From contig NZ_RSDW01000001.1 of assembly GCF_003945235.1 (NCBI RefSeq), positions 5,730,001 through 5,762,000 on the forward strand: DNA of 32,000 nucleotides, given 5' to 3'. The stretch's first letter is position 1, and each line of letters begins with the position of its first letter. Under the pieces are notes generated by a model that saw only the letters and a list, made by a program, of their open reading frames with translations, did no database searches and was not told the origin of the DNA. The DNA comes from Edaphobacter aggregans. Its GTDB lineage: Bacteria; Acidobacteriota; Terriglobia; Terriglobales; Acidobacteriaceae. Below, in pieces: positions 26,223 to 32,000 of the stretch. A program made the translations under genes and the position numbers.

Positions 26223-26807
26223 ATGCCCGTAAAGCGAACAAAACTCGTCCTCCGCAAGCCCCGCGTCGACGCGCAGCGCAATCGCGACCGCATCCTCGAG
26301 GTTGCCAAAAAGGCTTTCACCCGTCACGGAGCCGACGTCTCCCTAGACGACATCGCCAAGGCCGCCCGCGTTGGTTCTGGAACCCTTTACCGCAACTTCC
26401 CCAACCGCCAAGCCCTGCTCGAGGCCGTCTACGCCACGGGTGTCGAGGAACTGGTCCAGGCCGAGCGCAGGTTCGCCCAGACCCTCACCCCCATCGAGGC
26501 ACTCCGCTCCTGGCTGCTCCTCTTCGTCGATTACATCGCGACCAAGCAGATCATTGCCCCCGCACTCAAAAACCTCGCCGGCCGGCCTACCAAAGTCTAC
26601 GAATCCTCAGGCGCGAAGATCACCCACACCATCACCGCACTCGTCGAGCGCGCCATCAGTAGGGGCGATATCCGTCACGACCTCGACGCAATCGACCTAC
26701 TACGCGCCATCTTCGGAGTCTCAAACCTCTCCCCCAACTCCGATTGGCCGCAAAGTGCCCGGCGCCTTGTCGACATCCTCATCCTCGGCTCACGCCCCAC
26801 ACAATAG
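26223..26807 (+). CDS. TetR/AcrR-family transcriptional regulator
   Basis: 194-aa ORF. The N-terminal helix-turn-helix is RNRDRILEVAKKAFTRHGADVSLDDIAKAARVGSGTLYRNFPNRQALLEAVY. It is divergent from the SDR gene. Confidence 0.9.
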   Translation: MPVKRTKLVLRKPRVDAQRNRDRILEVAKKAFTRHGADVSLDDIAKAARVGSGTLYRNFPNRQALLEAVYATGVEELVQAERRFAQTLTPIEALRSWLLLFVDYIATKQIIAPALKNLAGRPTKVYESSGAKITHTITALVERAISRGDIRHDLDAIDLLRAIFGVSNLSPNSDWPQSARRLVDILILGSRPTQ

Positions 26808-26893
26808 CTCCGAACCACGCGTCATGGTGTTCTATTCGTTGTGGTTGATGCTGCATTTGACGCTAGGTGGCCGCGGCACGGACTGATATCCGA

Positions 26894-26917
26894 AACGGTC
26901 TGCTTTCCCAGACCGTT
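26894..26917 (+). terminator. Stem-loop downstream of the TetR gene (terminator-like, no clear U-tract)
   Basis: AACGGTCTG-ctttcc-CAGACCGTT has a 9-bp perfect stem and a 6-nt loop. Confidence 0.3.
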
Positions 26918-27005
26918 GGTGACCCGCCGTCATCTGCAACATCCATGGGAATAGTGGCAGTTGCGACTTTGCGCTTGTTCTCAAACCCATGAGAGCATGG
27001 CAGAT

Positions 27006-27490
27006 ATGAAATCGAATCGACTTGGATTCATCCTGTCAGCGGTCATGAGCGCAGCACTTTTTACCTCTGAAGTTCATGCACTTTGGAGACTCCAGAATTC
27101 GCAAGGCTCAGCCAACGCATCAGTGGCTACGCAGCTAGACTGATCTCACGATTTCGATTTCCTCATCGGCGATTGGAAAGCACATGTTCGTCGACTGCCG
27201 GAACGCTTAAAGGGTTCTAACGTCTGGGTCGAATACGATGGAATCTCAAATCATAAAAAGCTTTTCGACAGCAACGCTAACTTCGAAGACTTCGACGTTT
27301 CTAGTCTCGACAAAAAACTTCGTATAAAGGCGCAAACGCTGCGACTCTATAACCCCGCATCGCACCAGTGGAGTATTTACCTGGTGGATCTCGACAAGGG
27401 TACGCTCGAGCTTCCGCCCGTTGTGGGCCAGTTTTATGGAAAGCATGGTGAATTCTACAATCAGCAAATCTGGAAAGGCCGCGCAGTCCG
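27006..27490 (+). pseudogene. Small secreted conserved-hypothetical protein (HDFDFxxGxW type), interrupted by in-frame TGA and truncated at its 3' end
   Basis: MKSNRLGFILSAVMSAALFTSEVHA (signal peptide) ..ATQLD is followed by TGA at 27141-27143. The same frame then continues SHDFDFLIGDWKAHVRRLPERLKGSNVWVEYDG..LRLYNPASHQWSIYLVDLDKGTLELPPVVGQFYGKHGEFYNQQIWKGRAVR. I recognise the pattern from a widespread family of small proteins of unknown function, but I cannot name the family with certainty. Confidence 0.5.
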
Positions 27491-28032
27491 CGGAGATTTG
27501 ATTCCGCCGGAGGTCAGCGACACGCTGGTTTCACTAGAACAAAAAGCACTCGATGCCCGCCCGGATTAGGCTGCCGCTCAAAGCGCAGTTCGGGTTGCCG
27601 ATGCAAACGTAAAGCTGGCCTATGCGAACGGCACCGCCGATCCAACTCTTGAAGGGGAATATGATCGTAGCGGGACCTACAACTCAGTAGGATTCAGTAT
27701 CAACAACTAGTAAATATCAGGCTACAGCGAGCCAGTTTACAGCAACGGCCGCGCAGAATCAGGTGCGATCGGACGTCGTTCAGGCCTGGATAGGCTACAA
27801 AACAGCCAAGAGTCTCTCGGACAGGTACAACCTTCATTACCTCGAGGAGTCCAAACAGATACTCGAGATAGCTCAATTTGCCTACGAACACGGCGGGATC
27901 GCTCTTATCGACTACCTCGACGCAGTACGCGACTCTCGACCGGTAGCGACATACGCGCTAAATTCCTACGCTCAGACATGGCTGGCAATCCACCAACTGA
28001 GCTTCGCAACCGCCACTCAAATCCTCCCCTAA
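27491..28032 (+). pseudogene. TolC/CzcC-type outer-membrane efflux protein, C-terminal half only, with in-frame TAG and a frameshift/deletion
   Basis: The frame reads ..LEQKALDARPD, then TAG at 27567-27569 where the family has RPDL, then AAAQSAVRVADANVKLAYANGTADPTLEGEYDRSG..GFSINN**. After a frame change it reads KYQATASQFTATAAQNQVRSDVVQAWIGYKTAKSL..ALIDYLDAVRDSR..YAQTWLAIHQLSFATATQ. The N-terminal half of the gene is absent. Confidence 0.65.
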
Positions 28033-28051
28033 GCAATGCTCCGAATTCGAC

Positions 28052-28327
28052 ATGACCATACTGCCCGCGTCTGCGTGGTCAGTTGGTGATAACAGATGGG
28101 ATGAGAAGGCCGGTCTCCAGCGGGATGCGTTAAGCTCCCAAGTTATCGACGCGCTCGAAGCGACGGAGGAAACTCCCGAGGCTCTCTTCGCATTGTTTCA
28201 GGACTGGCAGAGAACACAAACCCAATCTTCTGCGACAGCTCTACGGAGCTTGAGGCAGCAAATGGATGTCCGGTCCTGCAGGGAGCAGGGACCACTAGCC
28301 GAGAGGCACAGGTTCGCAGGTCGATGA
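28052..28327 (+). CDS. Hypothetical 91-aa ORF, doubtful
   Basis: The ORF lies in a gap between the efflux remnant and the membrane-protein gene. I see no recognisable motif. It uses several rare codons (aga, agg, cta, tta). It may be non-coding. Confidence 0.2.
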   Translation: MTILPASAWSVGDNRWDEKAGLQRDALSSQVIDALEATEETPEALFALFQDWQRTQTQSSATALRSLRQQMDVRSCREQGPLAERHRFAGR

Positions 28328-28343
28328 CCCCATCTCACCGAAT

Positions 28344-28363
28344 GCGCGCCCTCCTGAGCGCGC
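28344..28363. terminator. GC hairpin between convergent ORFs
   Basis: GCGCGC-cctcctga-GCGCGC. A T-run (cctttttc) follows about 12 nt downstream on the plus strand. The hairpin lies 55 nt beyond the membrane-protein stop on the minus strand. Confidence 0.25.
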
Positions 28364-28417
28364 CCAGGAATATTGCCTTTTTCTTGACAGATGACTTACA
28401 TGGAAGGCGATTTTGCG

Positions 28418-29998
28418 TCAACTCACATCAGAGAACTTCGGCAGTACTCTCCGGATCTGCCACAGGACGCTTGCCAACGCGACCAGCACCATGCTCCACA
28501 CTTCGAACGCCAAATTCACGGCCCATGCAGGCGCCACGCCCATTCGCCTCAAGAGAAAGGGCAGAAAATTCCAGGTTGTGATGTGGAGGTAATCCCATAG
28601 ATCACGTGTCATGGCCTGGTTACTTAGGCCCCAGGCGTCCATTGTGCCCAAGACGAACGCTACGATGTTCTTCATCCGCAATGCAATCACGAAGGTTGGG
28701 TTACCCGGTGTCTCCATCTGGTAAAGCTCGAGTGGCAACCAGAAGGCGAGCGATGCTATCTGGATCAAGGTACTGATCGCCAACAGCACAATTCCTAGGA
28801 TCCAAATGAGCTTTCCCACCTGGTAACGATGGCGTAGAAGCAGCGGAATGGCGACGAGAGCTATGAGCTCAACAGTAGTCGAAACATAGCGGTCGCCCCA
28901 GGCGGAGTCGCCGCTCCAAACCGTATATCGGGCGTAGAAACTTATGTACGCCAATAGCAGCAGGCAAGTTGTTATTACGTATGCCTTGATGACAGGGTTG
29001 AATCGCTTCCATAGGATGGCGGCGAGCAAAAGCATGAGGATCAGCAACGGATCAAAAAGGAAGATCGACTTCTGTGGCGCGAACAGCGCTCCGAGAAAGC
29101 CGACGCTGAAGGGAGTTTCGAAGGGATAGCCGGCAGGTAGCCCTGGATTTCGTAGCCTGGCTTCGCGAGCGATCACGCTAACGTAAGTGTTGAAGAAGGA
29201 CCCGAAGCGATAGAACTGATACAGGCGGTCAATCAACCCGAACAAAGCGTACACGGGAAGAGCAATGGCCATGTAGGTTCGGCATCGGTTCCAGAAGGCG
29301 CGCCCGCGGATGCCCTCGAACCACAATACAAACAATAGGAAAAGCGCTCCTGCCAATAGGTCCATGCCCGTGGTGAGGCGCGTGAGCAGATTGAGCCCGA
29401 AAGCGGAAGAGCCGATGATAAGAGCGCGACGCTTGCCTGTGCGCAACCACTCGTATTGATAAGATAGTCCGGTCAGAGTCAACAGAAAGATGTAGTTGTT
29501 CTCCATCATGTTTTGTGTGTAATGCAGGTGCGTGGTGGCCAGCAGTACCGCCAGAACACCCGCCACAGCCTGCTTCACTCCAAAGCACAATTGCCGGAGG
29601 AATCGAAAACAAACCAGTGAGGTTAATACGCTGACAAGAATATTGATGGTGTAGCTGACGAAAATGTTGCGCACGCTGGGGTCGTTCCCGTTGTAATTAG
29701 CGAAGGCGGGAAGTTGCTCCAGGTATGTTCCAACCACGTCCGCGGGCAGTAGGAGTATAGATTGCCCGAGGCCATACCAACTCTGCAGCTTGCCTTCGCG
29801 GCCATGCACTCCGAATTCCGGATACTCCTGGGGAAAGACCGGTGGCTCTGCAGTCCAGAAGGCATGGCTGGACTGGAGTCTATGCTGTGTGTCAGAGCTT
29901 CCCAATTCTCCCGATTGCACAGCGCAGGCGAGAAGACTCGCTGTGAGCGCCAGCAAAAAGAGAGGATCACGGAACCAGCAGCGAATGCGACGGATCAT
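28418..29998 (-). CDS. Polytopic inner-membrane protein, GT-C-fold (ArnT/PMT-like) glycosyltransferase-like
   Basis: Uninterrupted 526-aa ORF with about 12-13 hydrophobic spans and a large first loop (..GELGSSDTQHRLQSSHAFWTAEPPVFPQEYPEFGVHG..). The overall architecture resembles lipid-carrier-dependent glycosyltransferases. The CDS call is firm. The family assignment is tentative. Confidence 0.8.
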   Translation of the reverse strand: MIRRIRCWFRDPLFLLALTASLLACAVQSGELGSSDTQHRLQSSHAFWTAEPPVFPQEYPEFGVHGREGKLQSWYGLGQSILLLPADVVGTYLEQLPAFANYNGNDPSVRNIFVSYTINILVSVLTSLVCFRFLRQLCFGVKQAVAGVLAVLLATTHLHYTQNMMENNYIFLLTLTGLSYQYEWLRTGKRRALIIGSSAFGLNLLTRLTTGMDLLAGALFLLFVLWFEGIRGRAFWNRCRTYMAIALPVYALFGLIDRLYQFYRFGSFFNTYVSVIAREARLRNPGLPAGYPFETPFSVGFLGALFAPQKSIFLFDPLLILMLLLAAILWKRFNPVIKAYVITTCLLLLAYISFYARYTVWSGDSAWGDRYVSTTVELIALVAIPLLLRHRYQVGKLIWILGIVLLAISTLIQIASLAFWLPLELYQMETPGNPTFVIALRMKNIVAFVLGTMDAWGLSNQAMTRDLWDYLHITTWNFLPFLLRRMGVAPAWAVNLAFEVWSMVLVALASVLWQIRRVLPKFSDVS

Positions 29999-30585
29999 TA
30001 TGTGAATCTATAGGCAAAGCTGAGGAGCACGGAATACCAGAGTAAACCAAGCCACGTCCCTCTCACCACATCGCGTGAATTGACCCCACTTAGTCTAAAC
30101 AGGCCGAGTCGCTCATCGAGCTATTCAAATCGATCGACGTCTTCGGCAAGTGATCGATAAACGGGCATCTCGGACAAGTGCCAGTGTGAACCGCTCGCTA
30201 GGGGGGCGTGATTCTCAATCGGGCGGCAGGCTCACCTTTGAGTTGCGATAGACCAAGAAGTATCCTTCCACCCAGCCTTCAGAGCCGACAAGTTTCGGAG
30301 GGAAATCTTTCAATATTTGCGAGGAAGGATCCGTTGATTCTGGTCTCGCAGTGCGAGACGCCACGTAAGTGCAGACCCAATTCGCAATCTAAGCGAAGCG
30401 AACCAAACCTGCTTTCGCGATGCTTCTGTTGAGCTTCTTCAGTACTCTCCGCAGTGTGAAATGTGAAACGGAACAGCGTCTGCTAGACAGGCCTCGCCAT
30501 CTCGTCTCGCCGTCTATAGTGTTTCTTCGGCTGCTATGACGCGCATTGTCGGCGCCAAGTCGTTTGAAGAACCCAATGGAGATGT

Positions 30586-32000
30586 ATGTACCGCACCCTG
30601 GCAACCCTCGGAATCCTGTCTTTCCCTCCTGTGTTTTGGGCTCGAAGTACCGACTCGCAACCCGCGGTACGTCACGCCATCTCCATTCCCTACGAGGCAA
30701 AGCGAGATGGCCTACTCACTCTTGTGGTCGAAGATGAGCATGGCAATCGTATTAAAAATCTGATCGCGGACTATCCAGTCCATCGAGGCCACAACACGAT
30801 TGCCTGGGATGGAAGTTCTCTTGACGGCGTGGCTCTTCCTGGCCATACCACGTTCCATCAGCGAATCGTTCCGCACCTTCAGTACTCCATTTATTCTCCT
30901 GGAGATCCTCCGTGGCCCACAGCCGATGGGACAGGCGCATGGCTTGCGGACCATACGGCTCCCGCCTCCGCGCTCTTTCTCCCGGAAGGAAGTCCCTGGC
31001 CCACGCACTCGACTCAGCCGCAAGTCTTGCTTGGTGCGCAGGCCGCTGAGGCCGGACATGCTCTGATGTGGACCGATCTGAACGGCCACAAGCTTAACGG
31101 TATCAAGATCCGCGGCTGGAACGGCGGCATTGCGCTGGCCCGCGATATCGGCGCCAATCGCAACCCTGACCACATCGCCTACACGGTTTATGTCGTTAAC
31201 CCCAGCCGCGACTTCGACAGGAGCGACCCGGGCGCGCTAAGGTTTTTGCGATTACGAAGTCTGGCTTGCGCCGCTTCAGAAGATGGTCGGCAGCATCCAG
31301 ACCCACGATGCCTTTCGCGAGCTCGTGGGCCTTGCCGCTGCGAATGGACTCCTTCTACTCTCGAATCCCGCGGCCGAGGAGATCATCGCTTTCGATGTAA
31401 GGAATAACGCCCAGGAGCCCTCGCAAAGATCAAGCTTCCACGTCTCGGTGCTCTCGCCTTCGAGCCTGACGGCCATCTGCTGGTTGCGACCGAAGGCGTC
31501 ATTACGAGATTCGCCGTCGTCAACGACTGGCACACACACTCTCGCTCGTACGCCCGCAGCTCGTCGTCGCTGCCTCGCAGCTTGAATCTCCCAAGCAGAT
31601 CATCGAGTGTGATGGTGAGATCTATATCACGGATTGGGGCTCGAGCCACCAGGTCAAGGTCTTCTCGGCCTCTACAGGCAAGCTGGAGCGTATCATCGGC
31701 CACACGGGCGGCCCGCGATCGGTGCCTACGATGAACAGCGCATGGCGCATCCGCTCGGCATGACGATCGACTCGAATGGTGTCCTCTGGGTTGCTGAAGA
31801 GGACTATCTTCCTAAGCGAATCAGTCGCTGGAATGCGAGGACCGGCCGCTTTCTCAACGCATGGTACGGACCCACACAGTATGGTGGAGGTGGCTTCGCC
31901 GACCCGCACGATCTCGACCGCGCTTACGATCCCTCAATTGGCAATCCGGGCGGCATGGGCCTGCTTGAGTTCCGTGTCGATCCTGCGACGCTATCGTTTT
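30586..32000 (+). pseudogene. Large secreted FlgD-Ig-like / NHL-beta-propeller-like protein, multiply frameshifted; continues beyond the right edge
   Basis: The first roughly 215 aa are in one frame: LLTLVVEDEHGNRIKNLIADYPVHRGHNTIAWDGSSLDG (FlgD-Ig-like) ..ALMWTDLNGHKLNGIKIRGWNGG... The sense then continues through at least four frame changes (near 31240, 31410, 31535, 31712). The pieces read MVGSIQTHDAFRELVGLAAANGLLLLSN..IIAFDV, KLPRLGALAFEPDGHLLVATEGVITRF, ESPKQIIECDGEIYITDWGSSHQVKVFSASTGKLERIIGHTGGP, and AIGAYDEQRMAHPLGMTIDSNGVLWVAEEDYLPKRISRWN. Confidence 0.6.

Noticed and set aside
26371-26886. 171-aa Pro/Ser-rich ORF overlapping the TetR gene in another frame
   Set aside because: It is an alternative-frame shadow of a clear TetR regulator, with a low-complexity translation.
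24581-27143. In-frame TGA codons as selenocysteine or other recoding
   Set aside because: Intact genes in the window terminate with TGA (17341-17343, 18473-18475, 5098-5100) and with TAG (910-912, 13014-13016, 20966-20968). The interrupted positions are not redox-active Cys sites. I saw no obvious SECIS-like hairpin immediately downstream. The same genes carry additional frameshifts.
1-32000. CRISPR arrays, tandem repeats, tRNA/rRNA genes, integrase/att sites, defence or toxin-antitoxin modules
   Set aside because: I looked for regularly spaced direct repeats, T-loop-like GGTTCGAATCC motifs and small paired ORFs, and recognised none. A by-eye scan cannot exclude short or degenerate elements.
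10165-32000. Sequencing or assembly error as the explanation for all frameshifts
   Set aside because: The lesions cluster in particular genes (at least 4 in a 2.8-kb receptor, at least 4 in 500 bp of the NHL-like gene), while neighbouring ORFs of 3.6, 3.0, 2.9 and 1.6 kb are intact. Lesions also include deletions, fusions and an inversion that indel noise would not create. Read-level confirmation is still needed.

Overview
This is a moderately GC-rich bacterial chromosomal segment. The gene content looks Acidobacteriota-like: very large TonB-dependent receptors with N-terminal carboxypeptidase-regulatory-like domains and no SusD partner, a PadR remnant, and many secreted glycoside hydrolases. 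That placement is inference only. Layout: (i) 1-15878, all on the minus strand, is a glycan-utilisation cluster. It holds a partial Cys-type sulfatase, a 1200-aa TonB-dependent receptor, a GH115 and a GH127. Decayed genes interrupt it: an SDR fragment, a PadR fragment, a broken IS110-family transposase and a heavily broken second receptor. (ii) 16393-20925 on the plus strand is a tightly coupled 5-gene trans-4-hydroxy-L-proline catabolic operon. It encodes an epimerase, a three-subunit D-hydroxyproline dehydrogenase and a DapA-family deaminase, and it converges on an APC-family amino-acid permease (20966-22465). (iii) 22768-24979 is a GH31 pseudogene. (iv) 25123-26807 is a divergent SDR/TetR pair with a perfect 17-bp inverted repeat between the genes. 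(v) 26900-32000 is mostly gene wreckage around one intact 526-aa polytopic GT-C-like membrane protein. The wreckage includes a small secreted protein with an in-frame TGA, joined by deletion to the C-terminal half of a TolC-family gene, and a multi-frameshifted FlgD-Ig/NHL-like protein. I saw no rRNA, tRNA, CRISPR array, or recognisable phage-defence or toxin-antitoxin system. Two observations stand out. First, a HypBA1-type GH127 and a GH115 sit next to a hydroxyproline catabolic operon, which suggests a hydroxyproline-rich glycoprotein salvage locus. Second, the density of independently inactivated genes is unusually high and includes an apparent local inversion inside a receptor pseudogene. 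I did not find a clearly novel self-contained system. All family calls rest on motif recognition by eye, not on database searches.
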